Shown piece by piece: positions 1 through 8,006 of a DNA stretch of 32,976 nucleotides. The position numbers were made by a program, and so were the translations under genes. The notes under the pieces were generated by a model, which saw only the letters and a list, made by a program, of their open reading frames with translations, was not told the DNA's origin and did no database searches. The stretch's first letter is position 1. Every line of letters begins with the position of its first letter. The stretch lies in assembly GCA_938084645.1 (NCBI GenBank), contig CALKEP010000026.1, positions 1 through 32,976 on the forward strand, written 5' to 3'. The stretch comes from an uncultured Phycisphaerales bacterium (GTDB lineage: Bacteria > Planctomycetota > Phycisphaerae > Phycisphaerales > SM1A02).

Positions 1-340
1 CTCGATCCGTCTCGGTGGACATCGCGGTGTCGATGGTCGGGAAGGCGCCGGTCTCCCCCAGCCGTCCGACCCCGTCATCGTCGGGGACCACCGGCGTGGC
101 GTAGGTCGGATTGCAGGGAACGGAGGCCATGGAAATCTCGAACCGGATGGCCGGCCACGCCCGTCGGTCGAACTCGCCGTCGAGGGAGGCTCGCCACCGA
201 TCCTCGGGCGGTGCCGTGGTGGTCGTGCCGCCGGGGAAGATCAGTGGTGGCGGCGTGGGGGCGGTGCAACCTCCGAGCGCGAGGGTGGAGGTGATGCCGG
301 CGAGGCCGGTTCGGAGGATCGCCTGGTGTCGGGTGTTCAT
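1..340 (-). CDS. Putative lipoprotein, hypothetical (3' end runs off the window)
   Basis: Not in the ORF track. The frame is open from ATG 340 to the window edge (in-frame ATGs also at 358 and 367): MNTRHQAILRTGLAGITSTLALGGC|TAPTPPP... Signal peptide with lipobox LGGC then a Pro/Thr-rich linker. Lies just downstream of recX on the same strand. Confidence 0.7.
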   Translation of the reverse strand, partial: MNTRHQAILRTGLAGITSTLALGGCTAPTPPPLIFPGGTTTTAPPEDRWRASLDGEFDRRAWPAIRFEISMASVPCNPTYATPVVPDDDGVGRLGETGAFPTIDTAMSTETDR

Positions 341-399
341 GGTCTTGGGTTCATTCATGTGTTTCATGTCGTACAGGTCGTGCGTCGGCTTCGGCGGGA

Positions 400-1188
400 T
401 CATTCGACGTCGTCGGGCGTCCAGTCGTCGTCGAGTGGGTCATCGTCGATACCGCATGCTCGCAGGGCGGACCGGATCGTGTCGGCGTCGAAGCCGCGGC
501 GAGCGAGTCTGGCGGCGGCACGACGCGTCGATGCGGGGTCGTCGATCGGACCGGATCGTTCCAGGCGGTGGAACGCGGTGATCGCCGCCTCGAGCTCCGG
601 CGCGGTCGCTTCCTCCGGCCCGTCGTCGGCGCCATCCCGCGTGGAATGCGGGGTGGCGGCCTGGACGGCACGTTCGAAACCGGCCTGGATCATCGAATCC
701 ACGAGCCCCGCCGCTTCGAGGCGTCGGCGGCACTCGGCGTCGCTTCGGCCCGCGGTTCGCCATTCGAGGATCCTCGTGGCCGCGAACGCCGCGTCGTCGA
801 TCCAGCCGTCCGCGACGAGTTCCTCGATCACGATGTCGATGATCTCGGAGGTGACGTCACGCTTCCGGAGTTTGCGGACGAGTTCCTCGGATGCGTGGGC
901 ACGGGCCGCGAGAAGATCCAACGCGACGGCCCGCGCGGATCGGACACCGATCGACCGGATCGCCGACGCCACCCGGGGGTCGTCGACGGGCAGGCCTTCG
1001 ACGATCTCGTCGGAATCGATCTCCGATCTCGGCAGGGTCCCCGCGATGATGCCGTCGATCTCCAGCATGAGAATGCCCGGATGATCGGGATCGGACCGGA
1101 TCGCGGTGACCCGTGCGGCGTTCGGGTTCGAGTGCTCGGGTTCGGCCGCGGCGTCGACCCGACCGTCCCGGGGGCGGGGGCGACTCAT
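400..1188 (-). CDS. recX: RecX family regulatory protein
   Basis: ALDLLAARAHASEELVRKLRKR..., GWIDDAAFA, GRSDAECRRRL and RLARRGFDADTIRSAL match the RecX three-helix repeats. ATGA overlap with the upstream TPR gene. Confidence 0.85.
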   Translation of the reverse strand: MSRPRPRDGRVDAAAEPEHSNPNAARVTAIRSDPDHPGILMLEIDGIIAGTLPRSEIDSDEIVEGLPVDDPRVASAIRSIGVRSARAVALDLLAARAHASEELVRKLRKRDVTSEIIDIVIEELVADGWIDDAAFAATRILEWRTAGRSDAECRRRLEAAGLVDSMIQAGFERAVQAATPHSTRDGADDGPEEATAPELEAAITAFHRLERSGPIDDPASTRRAAARLARRGFDADTIRSALRACGIDDDPLDDDWTPDDVE

Positions 1189-1505
1189 CCGCCGAGTTCC
1201 ATCCGAAGGGCCTCGAGTTCCGACTGCGCATGTCCATCGCCGCCGCGTCGAGCGGCGACCAGGCCGGCCTCCGCGGCCTCGATCGCTTCAGGCATGCGAT
1301 CAAGGGCTTCCAGCGATCGGGCCTTGTGAAAGTGCAGGTATCCGTCGTCGGGATCGGCGGCGATCGCCCGGTCGTACCAGCCGAGGGCGGCGTCGTGTTC
1401 CTCGGCCTTGGCATGTTCCTGTGCGATGCCGTAGAGGCAGAACGCGTCACCGGGTTCGGCTTCCAGCATCTTGAGGAGGCGGTTGAGTCGGTCGGATTCG
1501 GGCAT
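1185..1505 (-). CDS. Small tetratricopeptide-repeat protein (106 aa)
   Basis: C-terminal part of ORF 1185..2159: MPESDRLNRLLKMLEAEPGDAFCLYGIAQEH...YDRAIAADPDDGYLHFHKARSLEAL, a typical TPR pattern. GACAAT lies 6 nt upstream of ATG 1505. Confidence 0.85.
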   Translation of the reverse strand: MPESDRLNRLLKMLEAEPGDAFCLYGIAQEHAKAEEHDAALGWYDRAIAADPDDGYLHFHKARSLEALDRMPEAIEAAEAGLVAARRGGDGHAQSELEALRMELGG

Positions 1506-1586
1506 GGGGGGATTGTCCGTCGGATCGAGGCCGAGGACAAGCGGCCGGAGGTCGTCCTTCGAGCGCGAAACCGCTACGCTCCGGTG

Positions 1587-3203
1587 ATGATCGCATCCAT
1601 CGACCCTCATGTCCGGCATCGCCGCTCCGCTTTCGCCACGATTTCGATCATGATCGCCGCCTGCACCGCGGTCCTCGGTCAGGCGGGGTGTGACGAGGGC
1701 TACTCGGCTCGGCAGACGATCGATCTTCGGCCGCGGATCGTCGAGGTCCAGGATCATCACGGAGGAACGCGACGGGTCACCGTGATCAATGGTGAGCAGT
1801 GGTATCAGTCCTTTGGTCCCGTGATCGAGATCATCGATGCGGAGGACGGACTCCGAATCAGCACGATCGAGCTCGGGCCGTTCGGCACGATCCCCTCGAT
1901 CAGCGACATGGTGCTCGCCGCCGACGGCGCGTTGTACGTCGCCTATGCCAACGATCGCGTCGTCCGCTTCGATCTCTCGAATCCACGCCGTCCCACCGAG
2001 GACCGGACGTGGACCCGCGCCGATCTCGGCGTTCGGCCGATCCATCTCTCCGCCACCGGCGGCACGGTCTGGGTGTCCGGCCGCGAGGGTGTCGGGCGTT
2101 TGGACGAGCCTGGCATCGTCCAGCTCGGAGATCTCCCGGATCCTCCGTCGTTCGGGCACGTGGTCGAGACGTCGGTCGGGCCCGTGGTCACCAATCGACG
2201 CCAGGTGATCGCCGTCGCGGACGGTCGATATCTCGGTGCCGCGTCCGATCTCCGCCCCGTGCCGCCCGCCCTGTCCGCACGGCTCGGCAAGGAGGCCATG
2301 GTCTTCGTGCTCCGGGGGGCGGCCGCGAACACGGTGGGACTGATGGGGCCGGACTTCAGACAGCTCGACGCCGAGACGTTCGGCGACACCATCTGGTCGG
2401 CGAGAATCGTGGGAGACCGGCTCTGGGCGATCTGTGAGGACGAGTTGATCACGTGGCGGATCGACGATGAAGGCCGCATGGTCGAACCGCAGTTCATCCC
2501 GGTGAAGGGCGCGCGGGACGTCGGGCTGCTGCGACCGAACTACTACGCCGTCGCGGGGACCTTCGGCCGGGCGATCTATCGATACAAGGCCGACTCCGGC
2601 GGCGCCGCCGACGAGTTCCTGGCCGTGGAACGAACCCCGGGACGGGTCGTCCAGGCGATCACCGACGGCCGTCGGGTGCTTGCCGGAAGCGAAGAGGGCA
2701 ACTGGCTGTACCGCATCGGCGGTCGGATCGAACTTTCGGACAAGGACCTCCAGAGCAACACCGCGGGAACGAGGAAGGTGACGCTGAGCTGGGGCGAGGC
2801 GGAGATCGGTGACGGGCGGACGACCCTCTCGATCACTCCCCTCGATGGCGCCGACTTCCGATGGTCACCGCCGAACGACGGTCGCATCTACACCCTCGAG
2901 ACCGCGGACGAGCGGATCTGGGTCGGCCACGACGAAGGCATCGAGGTCTTCGAGTACCGGGACGCGACGATTCGACCGACCGGATCCATCCTGATGGAAG
3001 GGCCCGTCGCCTGGCTCTTTCGACCACGGGTGGGGAACGAGGTCGCCTTCGTGAGCGCCTTCGGTGGCATGGGCACCGCGGAGGCGGTACCGGATCCCGA
3101 GGCCGATTCGGCGCTGGTCCAGCGGGTCCGCCCGGAGGAAGCGGCCGACGCGGAGGAGGCGATGCGCGAAGCAGGTGGACTGCCACAGCCGTCGAAGCCC
3201 TGA
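1587..3203 (+). CDS. Secreted or lipoprotein hypothetical, probable beta-propeller (LVIVD-like repeats)
   Basis: Start reassigned to ATG 1587 (TACGCT 6 nt upstream). Hydrophobic N-region ends QAG-C. Repeated blade-like segments (DGALYVAYANDRVVRFDLSNP, GDRLWAI, DERIWVGHDEGIEVFEY). Confidence 0.7.
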   Translation: MIASIDPHVRHRRSAFATISIMIAACTAVLGQAGCDEGYSARQTIDLRPRIVEVQDHHGGTRRVTVINGEQWYQSFGPVIEIIDAEDGLRISTIELGPFGTIPSISDMVLAADGALYVAYANDRVVRFDLSNPRRPTEDRTWTRADLGVRPIHLSATGGTVWVSGREGVGRLDEPGIVQLGDLPDPPSFGHVVETSVGPVVTNRRQVIAVADGRYLGAASDLRPVPPALSARLGKEAMVFVLRGAAANTVGLMGPDFRQLDAETFGDTIWSARIVGDRLWAICEDELITWRIDDEGRMVEPQFIPVKGARDVGLLRPNYYAVAGTFGRAIYRYKADSGGAADEFLAVERTPGRVVQAITDGRRVLAGSEEGNWLYRIGGRIELSDKDLQSNTAGTRKVTLSWGEAEIGDGRTTLSITPLDGADFRWSPPNDGRIYTLETADERIWVGHDEGIEVFEYRDATIRPTGSILMEGPVAWLFRPRVGNEVAFVSAFGGMGTAEAVPDPEADSALVQRVRPEEAADAEEAMREAGGLPQPSKP

Positions 3204-3213
3204 TCCCGGCCGA

Positions 3214-3918
3214 TCAGTCCGTGTTCGCGTTGACGCAATAGCGACGACAGATCGAATCCTCGGCGCAGGTTCCGCCTCGGGCCTTGCAGACCTTGCGACC
3301 GTGGAAGATGAAGAGATGGCTGAGCAGGCACCAGGAGGGCCGTGGAAAGAGGGCCATCAGGTGCGGCTCGATCCGCTTCGGATCGGTCTCCTCGGTCAGT
3401 CCGAATCGCTGCGATATCCGTCCCACATGCGTGTCGACGACGACGCCCACGTTGATCCCGAACGCGTTTCCGAGGACGACGTTCGCGGTCTTCCGCGCGA
3501 CTCCGGGAAGCGCGAGCAGGGACTCCATGTCGTCGGGGACTGCGCCATCGTGCTGCTCGACCAGCATCGTCATCGCACCGTGGACGCTCTTCGACTTGTT
3601 TCGCCAGAAGTTCAGGGTGCGAAGGTGGGGGGCGATCTCCTCGGGAGATGCCGCGGCGAAGTCCTTCGGCGTCGGAAACGCGGCGAAGAGGCCCGGGGTG
3701 GCCTTGTTGACGCCCACGTCGGTCGCCTGGGCGCTGAGGATCGTGGCGACCAGGAGTTCGTGCGGCGTCGTCGCGTCGAGTTCGCAATGGGCGTCGGGGT
3801 ATCGCTTCCGGAGGGCGGCGAGGATCCGGGCCGCGCGGCGGACGTCCGCGTCGGTCCTCGGCGGAAGATCGAAATCGGACTTGCGGCGCGGGCCGCCGAC
3901 CGGTGGGGGAGTCCTCAT
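3214..3918 (-). CDS. nth: Endonuclease III (HhH-GPD DNA glycosylase/AP lyase)
   Basis: ELLVATILSAQATDVGVN, LPGVARKTANVVL (HhH, catalytic Lys), VDTHVGR (catalytic Asp) and a C-terminal Cys cluster. ATG 3918 overlaps the upstream stop. Confidence 0.95.
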   Translation of the reverse strand: MRTPPPVGGPRRKSDFDLPPRTDADVRRAARILAALRKRYPDAHCELDATTPHELLVATILSAQATDVGVNKATPGLFAAFPTPKDFAAASPEEIAPHLRTLNFWRNKSKSVHGAMTMLVEQHDGAVPDDMESLLALPGVARKTANVVLGNAFGINVGVVVDTHVGRISQRFGLTEETDPKRIEPHLMALFPRPSWCLLSHLFIFHGRKVCKARGGTCAEDSICRRYCVNANTD

Positions 3919-4505
3919 CGTGCACCGCTCCGGGGTGGCGTCGAACCGATCCCGCTCGACACGATCGTGAGCAGGACCGCCGCGAGGATCAGCGACATGC
4001 CGCGCTCCGCGGACCGGTGCCACGGGTCGAAGGCGGCGTAGGCCTCGGTCGCCGCGTCCCGATCACCGGCCTCGACCGCCGAGCGCCAGGCCTCGAGCGT
4101 GGACTCGACCCGAGGCGAGATGCCCACGAGGTACCACCCCAGGAGCGCGGCGGCCAGAAGCATCGTCGCGGTGGCGAATCTTCTGGAGATCGACTTCAGA
4201 CGCCCGACGGGAGCGCCCCGACGCAGGAAGAGCAGCACGATGCCGACCACGGCGCATCCGGTCTGGACCCGGTCGGAGGCCTGGAACACTGGGTGGGTGA
4301 CGTAGCCGGCGATGAAGCGGCCCGCCGCTTCCGTGTCGTCTCCGAAGAACGACTCGATGCGGTCCGTCGTGAGGTCCATGGTGGGCAGGCTCGTGAACGC
4401 GCTCATCGCGGTCGCGGCCGGGGCGATGATCGCGGCCGTCCACGCCACCAGCGTCAGCCACCAGATGACGGAAGCGATGGTCATCGTCGGTCCGGGTGAC
4501 CTCAT
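3915..4505 (-). CDS. Four-TM membrane protein, DUF4149/TMEM205-like
   Basis: Four hydrophobic helices, with AGRFIAG..F and AFDPWHRSAE motifs like DUF4149. ATGA-coupled between moaE and nth. Confidence 0.65.
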   Translation of the reverse strand: MRSPGPTMTIASVIWWLTLVAWTAAIIAPAATAMSAFTSLPTMDLTTDRIESFFGDDTEAAGRFIAGYVTHPVFQASDRVQTGCAVVGIVLLFLRRGAPVGRLKSISRRFATATMLLAAALLGWYLVGISPRVESTLEAWRSAVEAGDRDAATEAYAAFDPWHRSAERGMSLILAAVLLTIVSSGIGSTPPRSGAR

Positions 4506-5011
4506 GGGTGCGCTCCATCCTCGCCGGGGGGCGATTCGATCGGGGTGGCGGCGTCGGACCAGGTCGCGGCGTCGGTCCAGCGCTCGCGCTTCCAGATCGG
4601 AGTCTCCCGCTTCAATCGATCGATCGCGTCGCGGCATCCCCGGAACGCCGCGTCACGATGCCCGGCGATCGCCACGATCTCCACGCTGGTCTCGCCGATC
4701 GCCACCGATCCCGATGCATGGCGGATCGAGATCGCGGTCAGGCCGTGGATCGACATGATCTCCTCGGCGATGTCGCGCAGGCTTCGGATCGCCAGACGAG
4801 GGTGGACTTCGTAATCGAGCGCGATCAGGGTGCCGTGTTCGGGATGCGACTCCGGTCGGGTTCGACCTCGAAACACGCATTCGCCACCGATCGCCTGGTG
4901 GTCTCCCCGATCCGCCTCGGGATCGCTGGGAAGCAGGCCACCGGGTTCGATGGCGACGTGCACGCCGCCTCGCCCTCGCGGGAGCTGGGATTCGAGAGTT
5001 GAACCGCTCAT
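4502..5011 (-). CDS. moaE: Molybdopterin synthase catalytic subunit
   Basis: GGECVFRGRTR, LDYEVHP.LA, HASGSVAIGETSV, HRDAAFRGCRDAIDRLKRETPIWKRE. Start at 5011 supported by TACGAT 6 nt upstream. Confidence 0.92.
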   Translation of the reverse strand: MSGSTLESQLPRGRGGVHVAIEPGGLLPSDPEADRGDHQAIGGECVFRGRTRPESHPEHGTLIALDYEVHPRLAIRSLRDIAEEIMSIHGLTAISIRHASGSVAIGETSVEIVAIAGHRDAAFRGCRDAIDRLKRETPIWKRERWTDAATWSDAATPIESPPGEDGAHP

Positions 5012-5050
5012 TCCGAAATCGTAGACGACCGGTCGCGATATCGTGCACCG
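5012..5050. promoter_or_regulatory. Back-to-back -10 elements for divergent, probably leaderless, genes
   Basis: TACGAT (minus, 5018-5023) is 6 nt from the moaE ATG. TATCGT (plus, 5039-5044) is 6 nt from ATG 5051. Confidence 0.6.
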
Positions 5051-5878
5051 ATGTCCGCTACCGACGATTCCCGGGCCCGTTTGGGGCTGACGCTCGCGCC
5101 GCTGGCCGCCGACCCCCGTGCGGGTCTCCAGGTCGTCGCCGGCTTGAGCGTTCCCGGGGTCCAGATCTCCGCCGGACAGGCCGGCACTCGACCTCGGGAC
5201 CTCGATGGATCCGGACGGCGGGATCTCGCCGTCGCGGTGCGTCGACTCGAACTCGAGGTGGTGGGGGTCGACGCGTGGTTGGATCCGGTGACGTTGCTCG
5301 ATCCGGAGCGGGTCGACGCCGCGGTCTCGGCGACGCTTGAGGCGATTCAGCTTGCGCATGATCTGGGACGGGTCCCGGTCTCCACCCGCCTTCCCGAGGA
5401 AGGCGGGGAGTCCGCGATCGAGGCGATGCTCGCCCGTGCTTCCCGACTCGGTGTTCGTCTCGTCGATCACGGCGTTCCGCCGCGTGGACGCGACGTTCGG
5501 ACATTGGAGGGCGGTCGCGCGGCCAGCGGTCTCCTCCTTCCCGATCCGGTGGAGACGTCGGTCAAGCCCTCCAAGCCGGTGCGCTCGCAGGCGATCGACG
5601 GCCTCGGGATCGGCATCGATCCGCCCGCGTGGCTGGTCGGCGGACTCGATTGCATCGATGCCGCGGCTCGGGGCGCGTCGGCGCTTCGGCTTGCGGACCT
5701 CTCTCGCGACGGAATGCGGATCCCGCTGGGTGATCCCGATGGTCGAATCGACGGGATCAGCCTCGTGGTGACGGCGCGAACCGGTGGACTCGACGGAATG
5801 CCGGTGATCGATGCACGTCGGTGGGCGGACCCCGTCGGCGGCGTCCGCCGCACGCTCGCGACGCTCTCGGGCATCTGA
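5051..5878 (+). CDS. Sugar-phosphate isomerase/epimerase-like (xylose isomerase-like TIM barrel), divergent
   Basis: GVQISA...PRDLDGSGRRDL...LELEVVGVD and AIQLAHDLG resemble the AP_endonuc_2 family. TATCGT lies 6 nt upstream of the ATG. Confidence 0.6.
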   Translation: MSATDDSRARLGLTLAPLAADPRAGLQVVAGLSVPGVQISAGQAGTRPRDLDGSGRRDLAVAVRRLELEVVGVDAWLDPVTLLDPERVDAAVSATLEAIQLAHDLGRVPVSTRLPEEGGESAIEAMLARASRLGVRLVDHGVPPRGRDVRTLEGGRAASGLLLPDPVETSVKPSKPVRSQAIDGLGIGIDPPAWLVGGLDCIDAAARGASALRLADLSRDGMRIPLGDPDGRIDGISLVVTARTGGLDGMPVIDARRWADPVGGVRRTLATLSGI

Positions 5879-5896
5879 TGAGGTGACTCGGTGCGT

Positions 5897-6430
5897 TCAG
5901 CGTCGAACTTCGTGGATCGCATGTCGCAGGAGCGGAATCACGAGTTCGCTCGTCGCGGTCTCGACGGCGTGAACGGATCCCGGCATCGAAAAGACGAGGA
6001 GTCCGCCGCCGGCATCTCGACGGACCACGCCGGCGGTCGCCCGGCTCAGCAGGCCGGCCACCCCGATCGCTTCGACGCTCAGTGCGCGAAAACGCTCCCC
6101 GTAGCCATCGAGCTCGACGTCGATGAGATCACGAACGACCTCGACCGTCCCATCGCGGGGCGCGATGCCGGTCCCGCCGGTGATGGTGATCGCGTCGATC
6201 GTCGGATCGGCCAGCGCGTTCCGGATCGCGGTCCGGACCCGGGCGGGATCGTCGGGGACGAGTTCGCGGTGCACGGGTACGAGCCCGTCCGCCCGCAGGA
6301 GGGCTTCGAGTCGATCGCCGCCGTGATCCGTCTCCCGAGTCCGGGTGTCGCTCACGGTGAGTACGTGAACTCGCGGTGGGTCGGACGCCGCTCGGCGATT
6401 CGCGGCCGATTCGTGTGATTCAACGCTCAT
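5897..6430 (-). CDS. moaB: MogA/MoaB family molybdenum cofactor biosynthesis protein
   Basis: VLTVSDTR...D.GG, LVPDD, ITGGTGIAPRDGTVE, GYGERFR, LSRATAG, FSMPGS. Start at 6430, alternative GTG at 6478. Confidence 0.92.
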   Translation of the reverse strand: MSVESHESAANRRAASDPPRVHVLTVSDTRTRETDHGGDRLEALLRADGLVPVHRELVPDDPARVRTAIRNALADPTIDAITITGGTGIAPRDGTVEVVRDLIDVELDGYGERFRALSVEAIGVAGLLSRATAGVVRRDAGGGLLVFSMPGSVHAVETATSELVIPLLRHAIHEVRR

Positions 6431-6543
6431 CGGGATCTGATCCGCGGAAGTGGGGTCGGGGGCTCGATTCGGGGGCACCGCGTGGTCGAAGGCCGGTGCG
6501 GGCGTGCAGCCGGTCGATGTCCACGGTAGCGTGACCCGAACGC

Positions 6544-6942
6544 ATGAGCATCATCGGGCACGGCATCGATCTCGTCGAAATCGAACGCATCGAACGGATG
6601 CGGGTCGATCATGGCCGTACGTTCCTCGATCGTTGCTTCACCGCGGGCGAACAGGCGTACGCGGAGTCCGCGCCCCGGGTGAGGGCGGAGCGGTACGCGG
6701 CCCGGTTCGCCGCGAAAGAGGCCGTTCTCAAGGCGTTCGGAACCGGCCTCCGCGAGGGAATCGCGTGGACGGACATGGACGTCGTTCGCAACGATCTCGG
6801 CGCTCCGTCGATCATTCTCACCGGTGAAGCCGCCGATTTCGCAGCGACGCTCGGCATCCATTCCTGGCGGATCTCGATCTCGCACACCGCCGAGCTCGCG
6901 ATGGCCAGCGTCATCGCGATCGGTGACGAGGTGAAGGGATGA
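6544..6942 (+). CDS. acpS: Holo-[acyl-carrier-protein] synthase
   Basis: GHGIDLVEIERI, YAARFAAKEAVLKAFGTG, ISISH. Confidence 0.97.
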   Translation: MSIIGHGIDLVEIERIERMRVDHGRTFLDRCFTAGEQAYAESAPRVRAERYAARFAAKEAVLKAFGTGLREGIAWTDMDVVRNDLGAPSIILTGEAADFAATLGIHSWRISISHTAELAMASVIAIGDEVKG

Positions 6943-6949
6943 CGCCCCG

Positions 6950-7615
6950 ATGGTGAAGCGAAGCGGACCCACCCTCTACGAAGCGATGTCCCAGTCCCCG
7001 GCCGCGCCGCGGGCGACGACCGGAAATCGGGGTCGGAGTTCCGATTCGGAGCGACCGGCGGCGGCCACCTGGCTCACTCCGGGGCGATCGATCCGGGTTC
7101 CCGTCGGGTTCGCCTGGGTGGGGGCCGTGCTGGTGGCCGGACTGATGATCGGGGCCTATCTGCTGGGATTCAGCCGGGGCGAGCGGGTGGCGGAGACCTC
7201 CGCGGCGACCGCCGACGCCGCTCGCGTCGAGGCGGCGCAGGAAGCCGGTCGGGTCCGAGAGCCCGTATCGACCCTTCCCGGGCCGCTGGAAGCAGCGTCC
7301 GGAGACGCCGACCCCCGGATTCCCGGACTGAACTACTGGGTGGTGATGCGGCCACGGCAGGATCGAGCGGAGGAAGTCGCGACGTTCATCCGGGGTCGGG
7401 GCCTTGACGCGATCGTCGTCAAGAGCGACACTGGGGGACTTCCCAAAGTGATCGCCCTGCCGGGTTTCCGGCCGGGAGAACGGTCGTCGCCCGCGGTCGA
7501 GTCGTTCATGACCGACCTCAAGCGGATCGGCCGGGAGTTCGGGAAGGCCTCGGGTCGCGCGAGCGACAACTTCGACAGTCTCTATCCGGAGACGTACCGG
7601 CCCTCAGCCGGCTGA
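6950..7615 (+). CDS. Single-pass membrane protein with C-terminal SPOR-like domain
   Basis: Basic N-tail, one TM helix (VGAVLVAGLMIGAYLLGF), Ala/Pro-rich linker, then NYWVV...RAEEVATFIRGRGLDAIVV...KVIALPGF resembling a SPOR beta-alpha-beta pattern. Confidence 0.6.
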   Translation: MVKRSGPTLYEAMSQSPAAPRATTGNRGRSSDSERPAAATWLTPGRSIRVPVGFAWVGAVLVAGLMIGAYLLGFSRGERVAETSAATADAARVEAAQEAGRVREPVSTLPGPLEAASGDADPRIPGLNYWVVMRPRQDRAEEVATFIRGRGLDAIVVKSDTGGLPKVIALPGFRPGERSSPAVESFMTDLKRIGREFGKASGRASDNFDSLYPETYRPSAG

Positions 7616-7657
7616 ATCAGACCACCGACCATTCCGGTCCCAGCCTCGAGACGAACC

Positions 7658-7879
7658 ATGAGCCTTCACAGCAGCCTCAAGACCAAGTCGGGTGCCCTCA
7701 ACCAGCATCGAAACGTCCTGACCCGCGCCGAGCGGATCGAGATGCTGCAGGACAAGAACAAGTTCGTGCGTGGCGAGAGTTCACCGCTCGGGATCCCCAA
7801 GGTCCGCAGCATCAAGGTGGCCGCCGCCAAGAAGAAGCCGGCCAAGGGTCCGGATGCCGCGGCCGAGAGCGACGACTGA
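7658..7879 (+). CDS. PVC-superphylum small basic (signature) protein
   Basis: MSLHSSLK...HRNVLTRAERIEML...SPLGIPKVR matches the Chlamydiae/Verrucomicrobia/Planctomycetes small basic protein family (TIGR04137-like). Confidence 0.92.
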   Translation: MSLHSSLKTKSGALNQHRNVLTRAERIEMLQDKNKFVRGESSPLGIPKVRSIKVAAAKKKPAKGPDAAAESDD

Positions 7880-8006
7880 GTCGCTTCGCCGAAGGGCCGC
7901 CGCGGCGGCTCGTCGATCATGGAGCCGATCAACCGAACCCCGTGGTGGCATGCCGCGGGGTTCTCCATTGATCGGGTGGATGAATTCACCCGAAGGAGCC
8001 CCGACC

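Noticed and set aside
1113..1586. Long N-terminal extensions in the ORF track (also 7770, 15841, 17484, 18656, 19426, 24911, 28888, 29871, and 32915 on minus)
   Set aside because: They overlap neighbouring real genes. Downstream starts are supported by -10 or SD signals, stop/start overlaps and where family similarity begins. They are not fusions.
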